Shown here in pieces: positions 36,577 to 51,388 of a stretch of 64,000 nt of DNA. The notes beneath the pieces were generated by a model. That model saw nothing but the letters and a program-made list of their open reading frames with translations, made no database searches and was not told where the DNA came from. Made by a program: the position numbers and the translations under genes. Origin of the DNA: the human T2T-CHM13v2.0 reference genome, Homo sapiens. The stretch lies in the NCBI RefSeq assembly GCF_009914755.1, contig NC_060931.1, one strand, 5' to 3'. The first letter of the stretch is position 1. The number at the start of each line of letters is the position of its first letter.

Positions 36577-36887
36577 AATTTATTATTTTTTAATTTTTAA
36601 TTTTTTTTAAGAGATAGGGTCTTGCTCTGTCACCCAAGTCGTAGTGCAGTGTTGCAATCATAAGTCACTGTAACCTCAAACTGCTGGACTCTAGCAATCC
36701 TCCTGCCTCATCCTTCTGACTTGTTAACTTGTTAGAATTACAGGCATGCAGCTAATTTTTAAACATTTTTTGAGACAAAGTCTCCACCCTATTGCCCAGA
36801 ATGGTCTTGAATTACTGGCCTCAAGTGATCCTCCTGCCTCAGCCTTCTAAAGCATTGAGATTACAGACATGAGCCATACAACCCAGC
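36577..36887 (-). mobile_element. AluJ-like
   Basis: TSD TAAGAAT(G/A)GCACATTT at 36561 and 36888. Confidence 0.93.
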
Positions 36888-38302
36888 TAAGAATAGCACA
36901 TTTTAAATTTTGATTGAGACATATATGTCCAGGAATTTTGAGCAGAGAGATTGGACAGGCTAATCAAGATTAAACTGTGGGGAGTTCCAAATGTCTAGTT
37001 AAGGGATTTGGGTTTATTTTATGAAAACAAGTGATAATAATTATGATCCTCTATGGATAATTCTCACAAAGTTCTATAAGATGGTCGTTATTTATATATT
37101 ATACAAGACATAACTAAAGTTCTGTGACTCGTCTAGGGTCACACTGCTAAGTCAGTGGCAGTACTGGGATTCAGACTCAGCTCTGTCCAACTTCAAAGTC
37201 AATGTCATTTCCCCCTTAACATAGTGTGGACATTGTATATTCTGTTTATTTTTCAGTGATTACTTTAAAAAACTTTAATTGTTAAATAGTTGTCTTTATG
37301 TTCCTTTGAAACATTATGAGCAATGTTTGAACTCCACTCATTCCTCAGTTTGCATATTGTTGTTTTTCAGTATTTAGTTCCACCTCGGTTTTTATTTTAA
37401 CCTCATAATCAGTCATTGTGGTGGTTTGGGTTCTCCGAGAAGCAGAAGACGACAAGGCTGAATGTCCCATGCCAGGGGCTCACTGGGAGGAATTCCTATG
37501 GAGCAAGAATAGGCAGAGAGGCCTTCCGATTGTAATGCAGGATATGACATCTGGGAAGGGAGAGTCAAAGAAGGAAGATGGGGAGTGATATGGTTTGGAT
37601 ATTTTGTTTCATGCCCTAACATACTCTGGAGAATATTCCAGTGGTTCTTGAGAAGAATGCCTATTCTGATGCAGGGTAGGAGGCTCTCTGTATGCCTGTG
37701 AGGTACATTTATTCCATAGTGTTCTTCAAGTCTTGTTTCCTCTTATCTGTCTGAATGTTCTATTCGAGATTGAAAATGGGTTATTGAAATCTAGTATTAT
37801 TGTGGTGTTCTCTTTATCTTCCTTTTGCTCCATCAGTGCTTGTTTCATATATTTTCATAATTGCTGTATCTTCCTGATAAATTGACCCTTTTGTTCTGTA
37901 ATGTCCTTCTCTGTCTCTTGTGACAGTTTCTGACCTAACATCTATTTTGCCTGATGTAATTATGGCTACCTCTGCCCTCTTTTAGTTGACATTTGCATGA
38001 AATTCCTTTCTTCATCCATTCACTTCCAGCCTATGTGTGTCCTTAAATTTAAAATGAATCTGTTGTAGACGGCATATAGTTGGATTTTTGAAATTTGGAA
38101 TTCAGGCACTTTAATGTCTTTTGATTGGGGAGTTTAATCCATTGACATTTAAAGTAATTACCAATAGGGAAGGACTTACCTTGTCACTTTTAAATTGTTT
38201 TCTGTCTGGCTTGTAGCTTATCCCCGTGTTTTCCTGTCTTGTTGTATTCCTTTGTGTTTAATTTATTTTTGTAGTTGCTCTCTCTCTTTCTCTGTCTCTG
38301 CT

Positions 38303-38328
38303 GTGTGTGTGTGTGTGTGTGTGTGTGT
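38303..38328. repeat. (TG)13 microsatellite
   Basis: Read directly. Confidence 0.93.
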
Positions 38329-39085
38329 CCTGTGGGCCTTATGTAAAACATAGCAATACATTTTAAGCTGATAACAACTTTAATTGCATACTAAAACTAT
38401 ATTGTCTCCACCCATTTATGTTATTGATGTCACACCTTACAGCTATTTTATACTGTGTATCCATTAACCTGTTTTATTGTCATGGTTGTTTTTTATGCTT
38501 ACAACTTTTAACTTCTTTACCAGCATTAAAAGGTTTACATACCAATGTTACAGTATTACAGTATTCTTTGTTTGTCTATATGTTTGTCAGTGAGCTTTAA
38601 ACTTTCACACTGTTTCATATTGCTATCTAATGTCCTTTCCTTTTACCTTGGTGGACTCCATTTAAGGCAGATATTGAGAGGATACCTCTTGTAACGCAGG
38701 TCTAGTAGTAAAGAATTCCCTCAGCTTTTATCTGGGACAGTTCTTATTTCTCCTCCTTTTTTTCTTTTTAAAATAAAAATTTTAATTGTGTATATTTAAG
38801 GTATGCAGCATGATGTTATGGGATACATATAGAGAATAAAATGGTTACTATAGTGAAGCAAGTTAACATATCCATCATCTCACATAATTACCGTTTTTTT
38901 TTGTTATTGTGGCAAGAGCAGCTAAAATCTACACATTTAGCATGAATCTCATATACAGTACAATTTTATTACCTATAGTATTTATGTTGTACATTAGATC
39001 TCTTAACTTGTTAATCCTGTATATCTGCTATTTTGTATCCTCTGAACTGCATCTCTGTATTGTCTTCCCTTCTTCCCATGCATGG

Positions 39086-39607
39086 TGTATTAGTCAGGGT
39101 TCTCTAGAGGGACATAACTAATAGGATAGATGTATATATAAAGGGGAGTTTATTAATGAGTATTGACTCACACGATCACAAGGTGAAGTCCCACTATAGG
39201 CTGTCTGCAAGCTGAGGAGCAAGGAAGCCAGTTCAAGTCCCAAAACCTCAAAAGTAGGGAAGCTGACAGTGCAGCCAACCTTCAGTCTGTGGTCAAAGGT
39301 CCACGAGTCCAAAAGCTGAAGAACTTGGAGTCCGATGTTTGACGACAGGAAGCATCCATCACGGGAGAAAGATGGAGGCCAGGAGACTCAGCCAGTTTAT
39401 TCCTTCCATATTCTTCTGCCTGCTTTTATCCTAGCCACGCTGGCAGCTGATTAGATGGTGCACACCCAGATTGAGGGTGGGTCTGCCTCTCCTAGCCCAC
39501 TGACTCAAATGTTAATCTCCTTTGGCAATATCCTCACAGACACACCCAGGAAAAATATTTTGCATCATTCAATCTAATCAAGTTGACACTTAATATTAAC
39601 CATCACA
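39086..39607 (-). mobile_element. MLT2A (HERV-L) solo LTR
   Basis: TGTATTAGTCAGGGTTCTCTAGAGGGAC...AAGTTGACACTTAATATTAACCATCACA; 5-bp TSD CATGG/CATAG. Confidence 0.92.
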
Positions 39608-40601
39608 CATAGTACCCTCTCTTTTGTTCTGTATCTCTGTATATAATTGGATTTTTAGAAATTTAGATGCCACATATTAAGTGAGATTATGCAATATTTT
39701 TCTTTCTGTGTCTGACTTATTTCACTTAGCATGATATCCTCCAGGCTTATCTAAGTTGTGGCATTTCGCAAGTTCTTGTTCTTTTTTAAAAGCTGAACAA
39801 TATAATATTTTGTGTAGGTACTACCATTTCTTTATTTATCGATGAACATTAGATTATTTCCATATTTGGCTATTGTGACTAATGCTGCAATGAACATGGG
39901 AGTGTAGGTATCTTCACAAGATGGTGATTTCATTTCCTTTGGGTATATGCTCAGAAGAGGGATTACTGGGTCATATGCTAGTTCTATTTTTAATTTTTAA
40001 AGAAATGTCCATACTGCTTTTCATAACAGCTGTACCAATCTATATTTTCACCAATGGTATACAAGAGTTCTCCTTTCTCCACACTCTTACCAACATTTGT
40101 TATCTTTTGACATTTTGATTGTAGCTATCCCAATGGTTGTAAGGCAGTATCTCATAGTGGTTTCAATTTGCATTTTCCTGATGATTAATGTTTTTGAGCA
40201 CCTTTTAATGTACATGTTGGCTATTTTTATGTCTTCTTTAGAGAAATACCTGTTCAAGCTTTTTGCCTTCTAAAAATCAGGTTGTTTTCCATTATTGAGT
40301 TGCGTGAACTCTTTATCAATTTTAGATCTTAACCTCTTATCAGATATATGTTTTGCATAGATTGTTTTCCCAATCTCTAAGTTGCTGGTCTGTTTTGTTT
40401 ATGGTTTTCTTTGCTATGCAGAATCTTTTAAGTTTGATGTAGTCTAATTTATTAATTTTTGCTTTTCCTTAGTTTTTGGTGTGATATCAAACAAATTACT
40501 GCCTATGTTCTCTTCTAGGAGTTTTAGAGTTTCTGATCTTATATTTAGGTCTTATACCCATTTTTAGTTTATTTTTTTCAGGGATAAGATAATGGCCTGT
40601 G

Positions 40602-40907
40602 GGCCGGGCACTGTGGCTAACACCTGTAATCTCAGCACTTTGGGAGGCTGAGGCGGGCCTCAGCACTGGAGGTCAGAAGTTCGAGACCAGCCTGGCCAAC
40701 ATGATGAAACCCTATCTCTATTAAAATAAATACAAAAATTAGCTGGGCGTGGTGGCACATGCCCGTAATCCCAGCTACACAGGAGGCTGAAGCACGAGAA
40801 TCTCTTGAACCCAGGAGACGGAGGTTACAGTAAGCCAAGATCACAGCACTGCACTCCAGCCTGGGCAACAGAGTGAGACTTCGTCTCAAAAAAAAAAAAA
40901 AAAAAAA
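40602..40907 (+). mobile_element. AluS, full length
   Basis: TSD AAG(A/T)TAATGGCCTGTG at 40586 and 40908. Confidence 0.97.
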
Positions 40908-42175
40908 AAGTTAATGGCCTGTGGATACTGAATTTCCTGGCACCATTTATTGAAGAGACTATCCTTTCCCCATTTTGTCTTCTCTGTGCCCTTGGGAAAA
41001 ATTAGTTGACAGCATATGTTTGGTATTATTCAGTATTTCTGGGTTGTCTATATTTTCCACTGGTCTGTGTGTCTGTTTTTAAGGCAATATCTAGTGTTTT
41101 TACTACTATAGATTAGTAATATAATTTTAAATCAGGAAGTGTGATGCTTCCACCTTTGTTTTCTTTCTCAGAATTGTTTTGGCTATTTGGGGTCTTTTAT
41201 GGTTCCATATGAATTTTAGTATTTTTTTTCTATTTCTGTGAAGAATGCCATTGGGATTTTGATAGGAATTTTATTGAAATCTGTATATTGCTTTGGGCAG
41301 CATGTACATTTTAAGAATATTAATTCTTCTGATCCATGAGCATAGGCTATATTTTCTTTTATTCTGTTTTCAGTTTCTTTAAGCAGTATTTTATAATTTT
41401 CAGTGTAGAGTTCTTTCACTGCCTTTGTTAAATTTATTCCTAAGTATTTTGTTGTTTTTCATGTTATTGTAAATGGTGTAAACTCTTTAAAGGTCAGTTT
41501 GTATTTTATTGGCATTCTCAGTGTTGGTTCTATTTAGATATTTTATTTTTTATGCCGTCATAAATGGGATTTTTAAAAATGTCTTTTTAATTTGTTATTT
41601 GTGTATAAAATGCTGATAGTTTTTGTTTGTTGATTTTATATCCTGCAACTTTACTGAATTTGTGTATTAATTGTAATAGTTTCTTTTAGGTGGAATCATT
41701 GTTGGTTTTTTCCCCCATATAGGATTATGTTATCTGCAGATAGGGATATTTTTACTTCCTCTGTTGTGATGTGGATGTCTTTTATTTCTTTTTCTTGTCT
41801 GACTGTTTTTTCTAGTACTTTCAGTACTATGTTGAATAGAAGTGATGAGATTGGGCATCCTTGCTTTGTTTTGGATCTTAGTGTAAAACATTCAGTTTTT
41901 CCCAATTGATTATAATTTTACCTATGGGTTTTTCAAAAGTGAAGTGACTTTTATTATGTTGAGGAACTTTCCTTCTATAGATTTCCTCATTTTTGAAGGA
42001 TATTTTTGCTGACATAGTATTCTTGGTTAGAATTTTTCTTTCAGCACTTTCAATACATTATCCTATTCCCTTCTGGTCAGTGAGGTTCCTGCTGAACAAA
42101 CCCACTGATAGTCTTATAGAGACTCTTTTGTACATAATGAGTCAATTTTATCTTGCTGCTTTCAAAATTCTCCTT

Positions 42176-42554
<379 letters not shown>

Positions 42555-45500
42555 TCATGAGTTTTGGGCTTCTTGAATCTGGATGTCTATTTCCTTCCCT
42601 GATTTTGGGAAGTTTTTAGCCATTATTTCTTCAAATAAGTACTTTATCCTTTCTCTCTCTCTCTCTCCTTCTTCTTTGTGAACTTATATAATGTGCCTAT
42701 GGATCCGCTTGATGGTATTCTGTAAGTCCCTAGGCTTTATTCTCTTTTTTCATTCTTTTTTCTTTTTGCTTCCTTGATGTGATAATTTACAATGACCCAT
42801 CTTTGAGTTTGCTGAATATTTCTTATGCTTGATCAAGTCTGCTATTGAATCTCTGTAGTCAATTTTCCAATTTAGGGATTGTTTTCTTCAGGTCCAAAAT
42901 GTCTGGTTCTTCATTATGTGTTGTGTCTCCTTGTGGAGCTTCTCATTTTGTTTATGTATCGTTTTCCTGAGGCCATTGAACATCCTTGTGATGATTATTT
43001 TGAATTATTTGTCAGGTAATTGATATGCCTCTGCTTCTTTAGGTTTGTTTTTTATTTATTCTGGTCCTTTGATTGGGTCATGTTTTCTTTTTTTCTTTTT
43101 TTTTTTGTCTTATAACTTCTTGTTGATATCCACATGTTTCAAAAAGTATGTGACATATAATTGAGATTCACAAGATGTAAGATGCCATTAGGAATGAGGC
43201 AGTTGCTTAGTCCATATCTCTATTTCTATTTTGTAGTCTTGTCTCAGTTTTAGAGTTTATTAGTCTTTTGGTCTTACTTAGTTAAGCCGAATATGGCCAT
43301 CTCATCTCCACCTTCCTGTTTCCTTTTGAATCTTCAAGCTGATGCAGTTGATTTGTGCCAAGTAAACCTACTGGCTGGCATGGGAGTGGTGCTCATGCTA
43401 TTCTCTTCAACCAGGGAAGAGGAATGCTCAGTTGCATGATGTATAGAGCTGCTTCTTTAAGGTGTTTGGGGTGGAATAGAAATTAAACGTATCTAATGTA
43501 ATTGGGAAGAAGAATTATAGTATTTGGGGAGGCATGCAAAGATAAATTATTTTCAGCACATTCTGTTATTGTGCATAAAAATATTTACATATTCTCCACC
43601 TTTATTTATAGAACAGGAATCCCAGAGAAACTGAAATATAATAATTACTCACACAGATAAATGAACTCTAAAATCAAACAGAATTTCTTGGCTACCCTTG
43701 ATCTTTTAACTAATATAACCTGTTATAATAACTTTGGGGCGGGCATATACATACCACGTATGTTATTATAAGTGGTTTTAGAGATCTGGAAATAATTATT
43801 GCTTTCTTCACCTTGTGACCTACTAGGATGACTTACTAAATTTTTTTCGTGTTGTTTTGGAGGAATGTTCCCATTTATTCTGCTGTTAACTTACTTTGGA
43901 AGGGATAACTTCCTAGTTGGTCTAAATTTTGTTGCAAACCTTACATAACACTCTCATGACCTTAATCATGGTAGATGTGCCCATGTGAGTCCAATTCTTT
44001 TGAGTAACTAATGATTGAAAGGTATGTACAGAATACTATTCAGATTGTATCTTGTTTTTTCTTGTATTTCATAGAGTTCAATAGTTGAGGTACATTTGGA
44101 GACCTTAATCTTCTAGCAGTTTATCATGGTTCCTTCTGTTGAATAAGGCTGGTCCCATTTTTTTTTTCTCTTCTTATAGTCACACATAGAATGGTGTAAT
44201 GATTTTTTCATTGGCAGATTCAGGCTGAACTTCATATCCAGATTCATGGGGACTTGAGAAGGAAGAACTTAAACCATGCTCATGTCTGTGATCTTTTACC
44301 TTCTAATTATTAGTTTCCCAAGAAAAGAATTAGTCATATAGTCTTTAAGTATTGTGGCTTATCATATAGTTCTTTCTAATCATATAGTAGTAATTTATCC
44401 TTCTGGTATCTATCTTAATCTCACATGCATTTTAGATGCCTTGAGTTAGGCTTCCAGATCTGATCATCCAGTACAAGAAGTGAGTCCTATAAAGAACAAG
44501 TCCAGACCCTGGAATATGGCAGTCTCCTCAAGGTCCTGCCAGGTGCTTGTTGCCTGCTACCTTTTCCATCATTTTTTTCAGTTATAAATGTCTATACATA
44601 TATCAGATAGAGCCTTCCCCTATGCTTTTTCTGATGCTGGGGTTGACTTGTTTTAATATTTGGTTACTCCATGAGAATTTCACCTGCTGCTGTGGGTCAG
44701 CAGGACCCTCCCATAAGGACTCATTTTCTGCTGAATGAGCTGAGTAGCCATTCACACTTCCCATAGTTCGCCAAGCCGAAAGATGTTTTGAGAGTCTGTA
44801 TACTTTAGATTCCAACCCTCTGTACAGGAACCCAAATTTGGATGGCAAATATATTTTATTATCAGTGTATATCCTATTACTTGGTAGTAGCTATGTGGAA
44901 AGGGTACAAAGGCTGACCCTCTATGCTTCAAGGCCAACTTTTGGCCATGGTAAGAAGAATGAGAAGTATCTAATAAGAAGGACTGAGGTCCTCATTGTTC
45001 CAACTATAGGACATACCTATAAATCCTGATAGAAGTATATTCAGCATGTCACTTTAACTAATATTCATCCTTAAACTTGGGTGATCATCTGTGAGGAAGG
45101 AAGTTTGGGGAATCTATTGTTAGCATGCTTGCCTTTTTCAGTTGGTCCTTATCTTTGATTCTCTGAAACTCTCCTCTATTTTATGCTTACAGTTTTGCCA
45201 CCAAGGCTTATAATGTCTCATATTTCCTGAATTACCTGGGTTGCTGTGACACATTGACATTGATTTAAAAAGTGTATTGGGTTCTAATATCCCAGATACT
45301 GTCTTAGACGCTTAACTAACTAGCATCTTGAACTAGCATTTAAGTTGCTCTTATCTGATATTCAGCCACCTACCCTCCCCAGAGCTCACTCTCCATGCTT
45401 GCTCTACCTTTGTTCAATGGCTTGGGCTTCTGCTTTTGCCTATATTCTCTGAGTTTCTCATTGAGTTAACTGTCTGGTTCCTGTCCCTCCACGCTTTGCC

Positions 45501-45619
45501 TTGCTATCACAATTCCTTATATGAGAATTTGGTGCTGAGTTTCTGAGCCTCATCCTCATATCTGGGATCCTGCAGCCTGTGACTCTCTATATATCTCTTG
45601 GGCCATTTAACTACTGTGA

Positions 45620-46000
<381 letters not shown>

Positions 46001-46482
46001 TGACTGCTTCCTAGTACTGCACTTACTCAAATTTTCCATACTCTGGGATGAAACTCTGCTGTCACCTGGGCCTGTACTCTAATGCCACTTTAGGTCTAGT
46101 GGGCAGGCCTAATTTCAGGGCCTCCCCCAATCTCTGTCTCACTATGTATACTCTGTGTTTTCTCATTGATAAATCCAGAGATATGATGAACAGATATGCT
46201 TGGGAAACATTATTGGCAATACACTATATAAGCCAATTTAGAATATTTTTATTGTAACTATAGTTACTATTTTTTTCTAGCTTGATTCTTTGCTTGTAGG
46301 TAGTGAAATGTGGTGACAGCTTGACTAAAGCTCTGTTCTATAAATGCCTTTAGTCTGAGGTAAATGTAGGCTTTGTCAGAAATGATATTTTCATATATGG
46401 TACATAGATGGTACAGAACTGTGATTATTGTAACATGTTTGAGATACAACAAAGAGTACTTAAAAATATTTCATACGCTCAA

Positions 46483-46741
46483 GGAATTTTTACCTTGGGT
46501 TGTTCCTGAAAAATCAATATGGTCCCTTGTCTAGCATTTTTTGTGTAGTTTCTATAAAGTAGTAGCTGCTTTTGGTAGGCTATTCAAAATAATCTGGCTT
46601 AGCATTCTTTTGGAATTTTTACCTTGGGGTGTTGCTGAAAAATCAATATGGTCTCTTGTCTAGAATTTTTTTTGCATAGTTTCTGTGAAGCAGTAGCTGC
46701 TTTTGGCAGGCTATTCAAAATAATCTGGCTTAGCATTCTTT
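46483..46741. repeat. Two-copy tandem duplication, period 129 bp
   Basis: 46483-46611 vs 46612-46741: about 10 substitutions and a 2-nt T-run difference by manual alignment. Confidence 0.95.
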
Positions 46742-48713
46742 ATAATACAGTTAGTTCAGGTTTCTTAAAACCAGTTTTTGGCTTATATTCCTCAGGAAGA
46801 AAAACTCTGTGTCATTTTACCTTGTGCCCAAGATACATGATAACTGCCTTCTTGAATAACAGCAGGCTTTCTAGGCTTTCTTCACACAAAGTTTTCTTTA
46901 TGAGAAAAATAATATCCATTGACAACACGTAAAGAATAGAAAATATATGAGGCAGTTGCCCATTTCCCTCCTTGTCATTACCTCCACACCCAGTATCAGA
47001 AATGGAGTGATTGAAAATCCTACATATGTTGGATTGGAAGTAAAATTTAATTTATTTGAGGAACCTCAAGGATATATGTGAGCATTCCAATTTCCTATTA
47101 TGGAATTAGCAAAACCTAGCCTGGATCTGGGGCAGGAAATCAGTATATAATGTTGCTTTCAAGGTTACTCTAGAATTACCTAATTCAAAGCAAGGGCTTA
47201 TATTTAGCAATGAGCTCTCAACATGGTTTGTTCCATGTAAAAAATGTCCTGCCAATGCCAAATTGGTAGTAGGTGAAGTTGGAGACTCCAGGGCTCATCT
47301 ACCATTTGTGGCATTGTTCCATCCATAGATGACACTGTTCTTAATTTGTAAGCAGAGCAGTCTGTGCCTCATTGCCATCTGGCTCAGCCCAGTTCCAGTG
47401 CCATAAGGTGAACTGAACTGTCAGTGGTAGGAAATAGTGCTCTATGTTTGTCATGATGTACTAGCACAGACCCAGAAGTCAATAACTGCTTGGCATTCCA
47501 GAAAACATTCTCATGGCGGTGAGTTAAACTTCATGGAATGTCTTTTTCCAGTGGGTGATGAAGTCATTTAGCAATGGTTACCTTTTGTGGAAGAAAATCT
47601 TGTTAAAAAGTAAGTAGCCCTGGGAAGCCTTGAAGTTTATGCTCTTGTTTTGAAGTAGACATACTACAAATTTTTTGTATTTTATTTAAGCCAGGGAAAA
47701 TACTAGATGCACTGATGAAGTAACTTAAGAAGATAACATAGGAACTTCGAGTTGTACATTTTTTTCTTTTCCCACTTGATTATATGATATATTGTGTTGA
47801 CATGGACTTCTGAAACCCCTATGTTTTCATCTTTAGTCAGCTTTATAATTAGGATGTCATCAAATGAGGCTAACATGCCTGGAAGCCCAGAAAGCAAAGT
47901 CCCTGGGAAGGAGTAGAAACTTCCAGGAGCAGCAGAAATTCTCAATTGACCTTCTCAATTCCCCGCCTTCACATCTGCTCCACAGTCTGCACTTCTGTAT
48001 CTTATATCTCAGGGGTGGTCACATCTTCTGTGTGGAGCTGCTCTAAATAGAGAAACTAAACACTGAACCTCCATTCCCTCTCCTTTTGTGTCTCCTAGTT
48101 TGATCATGAAGTTCTTTAGTTTTGTCGTGTCATCAAATTCCTTGACCCATCATTATTTTCTCAGTCTTGTAAAAGATCTCCCTCTCCAGGAGAGGAGGTT
48201 TCTCACGATGAGCGTATGATGAAAATGTGCATTTGTGTTTGGTTTCCCTATCAGTGAATTTTGTTGTGCCAGAATTTGCACAGCTTCTAGTGAGAAGGAT
48301 GTCTTTCTTCGGGAGTAATACAATCTGGTCTCCTGTGAGGCAATGCTTGGTTTTGACCTTGTCCTTTAAAAATTCTAGACACTTGCCCTTGCTGCTGTCT
48401 CCCCACATCATTTCATTCAGAAGCAATTGTTTCTTGAATTTCTTACAGGAGACAGTCCTGACTGTTTACAGCCCAATTCGCTGCGTATGATTTGAGCTCT
48501 CCCTGTGATAAAGAATCTGGTAGTGGTGTGTGTGCACGGCATGTTATCACCTGGTTTGCTTTCTGTTAGAGTGAGGCAACCAACAGAATGAGGAGAAGAG
48601 AAGGAGGAGTGATTTGCAGGGCCAGTGAAGGCCTGGGAGTCAAGACCTAAGGGCTTAGAATTCACTGAGGAGTTCCTTTCTTGTGGGACCAAGTACAGTA
48701 GTAATTATATAAT

Positions 48714-48819
48714 AATTATAATATACTATAATATACTACTGTATATATAGAAAGTATATATGTAGAAATTGTGTGTGTGTATATATAATATGGTATATAT
48801 ATATATGGTATATATATGG

Positions 48820-48880
<61 letters not shown>

Positions 48881-48900
48881 ATAGAGAGAGAGAGAGAGAG
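48714..48900. repeat. Compound microsatellite with pure (TA)~26 at 48826-48878 followed by (AG)9
   Basis: Read directly. Confidence 0.97.
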
Positions 48901-49911
48901 TTGCTGCTGTCTCATAGCAGCAACTATTTTATGTACTTCACACTGTGGATCTCTAGGCATAACCCGAACCTGCCTCACTCCTTTAATCACTGATTGAAGC
49001 ATTCTACATTCTAACCATCCATCGTCTCTTGTTCTTTCACCTTACTTATTCAGCTACTCCCATCGTGACTACTCCTACACCTCATCAGGACTTCTGACCC
49101 ACTGAGACACCTCCCCATGCCTAGCCATAATCTCCTATCTTTACCACTTTCTTTCTTATGCAGCTAGTCTGTGGCTCATTGCTCAGTAACATTCTGGCGG
49201 ATTTTCCTACACATATATCTTTTTGTCATATCCATCTGGCAACATCCTAAAGCTAGTGAATGTAAATATACTTTAGTCTATGTCTGGATAGCTGAGAGAT
49301 GATAGAGAAAGTCACTCAGTTGGGCTCTCAACATGTCAGTATTCCAGTTGTGTTAACTGGTCCCGGTGCTACGCCACTGTCTTCAGTGATATGTCAGAAC
49401 TTCTCTACTCTTTTTTAGTCTTTCATTCTCATAACTCCCCAATCTTCTCTCAGTTAATAAGAAGGTAGAAGCATCCAGTGGGAACTTCCTGAGTCCTCCT
49501 CGACATGGGAACTCCATCTGCAGCCATGCTCATGCTGTGCTTTCAGTCCGTGCTCATCCCTGCGCTTCACAGCCAGACTGCTCAAACAGATGTCTGTGTG
49601 TGCTTGCTCCCTTTCCTTAACAGTTATGGAGTCCGTGATTCATGTCAAACTGCATTCTGTTCGCATCATGACACCAGACACCTCTTGCTGATGTAATGGA
49701 AGTCTACTTTGTAGGCATTCTTCAGTCCTCATCTTACGCTCTGAGTACTTCTGCCTGGATTTCAAATGGGAGAGGCCTTCAGACTCCTCACTTAACTCCC
49801 TTTTTTTCCTACTCTGCAGTGTGAACTTTCTTCCTAAATGATTTGGTCCATGTGATGACTTCAATTATAGATAATAAGCAAATGAGTCAAATTTTTTGTC
49901 TGTGTGTGTGT

Positions 49912-49912
<1 letters not shown>

Positions 49913-49944
<32 letters not shown>

Positions 49945-50224
49945 CTGGTTCCTGCTCTGTTGCCCAGGCTGGAGTGCAGTGGCCTGATCTCAGTTCACTG
50001 CAACCTCTGCTTCCCAGGTTGAAGTGATTCTTCTGCCTCAGCCTCCCAAGTAGCTGGGACTACAGGCATGCACCACTACGCCTGGCTAATTTTTGTATTT
50101 TTAGTAGAGACGGGGTTTCGCTAATGTTGGCCAGGCTGGTCTCAAACTCCTGGACTTAAGTGATCCACCTGCCTTGGCCTCCCAAAGTGCCAGGATTACA
50201 GGAATGAGCCATTGCACCCAGCCA
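49913..50224 (-). mobile_element. AluS, full length
   Basis: Antisense dimer with long poly-T, preceded by a short (TG)n. Confidence 0.96.
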
Positions 50225-50517
50225 AGTTTTTATCCACAGTTCAGACTTTCACCTGGTACCCAAGTCTTACTCATGTGAACTTGTCACTGGACTATCTCAA
50301 AAGCTCCTTAGAAACTTAAGCATCATCATGACACCTTTTTCCCCCTTAGATTTCAACTCTCAACCATGATATTCATGATATTTACCAAGTCAGTAAATTT
50401 TACCATCTCAATCTATTTCTAGGGACTTTTCTAGGATCACTTTTCTAGGGACTCTTTCCTGGCTTCAGCGCTCCCAACCAAGACAACATTATGTCCACCT
50501 CTCCTAAGATCTCATTG

Positions 50518-50731
50518 TTTGGGGGGCTGAGGTTGGAGGATTGCTTGAAGCCAGGATTTTGAGACCAGCCTGTGCAACACAGTGAGACTCCATCTGAGTA
50601 GTCCCAGCGACTCAGGAGGCTATGTGAGGAGGATCTCTTAAACCTAGCAGTTTGAGACTGCAGTGAGCTAGGATTATGCCAGTTTACTCCAGCCTGGGTG
50701 ACAGAGAGAGATGCTGTCTTTAAAAAAAAAA
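50518..50731 (+). mobile_element. 5'-truncated AluJ-like with internal deletion of the linker
   Basis: TSD AAGATCTCA(T/C)TG at 50506 and 50732; left monomer ccatct joins directly to gtagtcccagc. Confidence 0.88.
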
Positions 50732-51388
50732 AAGATCTCACTGGGTTTTGTACTTTTCTTTTCCAGTGCCTGTCACTGTTTGTAATTACTTATGTGAATG
50801 TTTGATTAGTGTCTGCTACTTTATTAGAATGTATGTCTCATTTGTCTTGTCATTTTCTACCCATTGTACCCAGAGCCTAGCACATAGTGAGTTATATCAA
50901 CAAATATTTGCCAAGTACATGAATCAATGTACTTTATGAACTTAGTCAAAATAATTTTAAAGGTAAGTACTGATGATTCCTATTTTAGAGATGTCAAAAC
51001 TGAGGCTCTTAAATTATGTAAATTGTCTAATATCACACAGGTTAATTATTAATAAATGTCTTGGGTGGGATTCATTTTGCTATTTTATCCTCCAGGCCTT
51101 ACTGGGGTAAGGTTGGCTTTTTAAGGATCTTAGTTGGACCAGACATTTTCTTCAGAGTTTCAGTATGAAATTTAATAATTTTTTATTTGTGATATTAACT
51201 ATGAAATAGGGCTTGATTTGAATACAAAACAAACTAAAAAAACCCCTCCAGTTTAAATGAACTTAGAATGTTGAAGCAAATTTTGAAAAAGATATTTTGT
51301 GTCATTAAAAACAATGCTATTTAAAAATGCTTGTGATAGGGATGTTAAAAAAATGCAGTCCAGAAATTCATGTATAGTAAGATATTCA

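Larger units (their letters stand above)
38756..41980 (-). mobile_element. L1MA (about L1MA9) 3' UTR and ORF2 portion nested in the older L1M
   Basis: aattgtgtatatttaaggta...gttactatagtgaagcaagttaacatatccatcatctcacata; ORF remnants 41216-41419 and 41696-41905 ([13 protein letters not shown]). Confidence 0.85.
48930..50930 (+). mobile_element. Long degraded L2 interrupted by two Alus
   Basis: Pyrimidine-rich L2 ORF-like sequence (cattcttcagtcctcatctta); L2 3' terminus cccagagcctagcacatagtgagttatatcaacaaatatttg. Confidence 0.7.

Noticed and set aside
46483-46741. Direct repeats as a CRISPR-like array
   Set aside because: Only two adjacent 129-bp units, no spacers, no cas genes, and a primate context.
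48736-49002. Low-complexity ORFs (YIYIYI, THTHTH), also 58443-58913
   Set aside because: Dinucleotide microsatellites lack stop codons; these are not coding.
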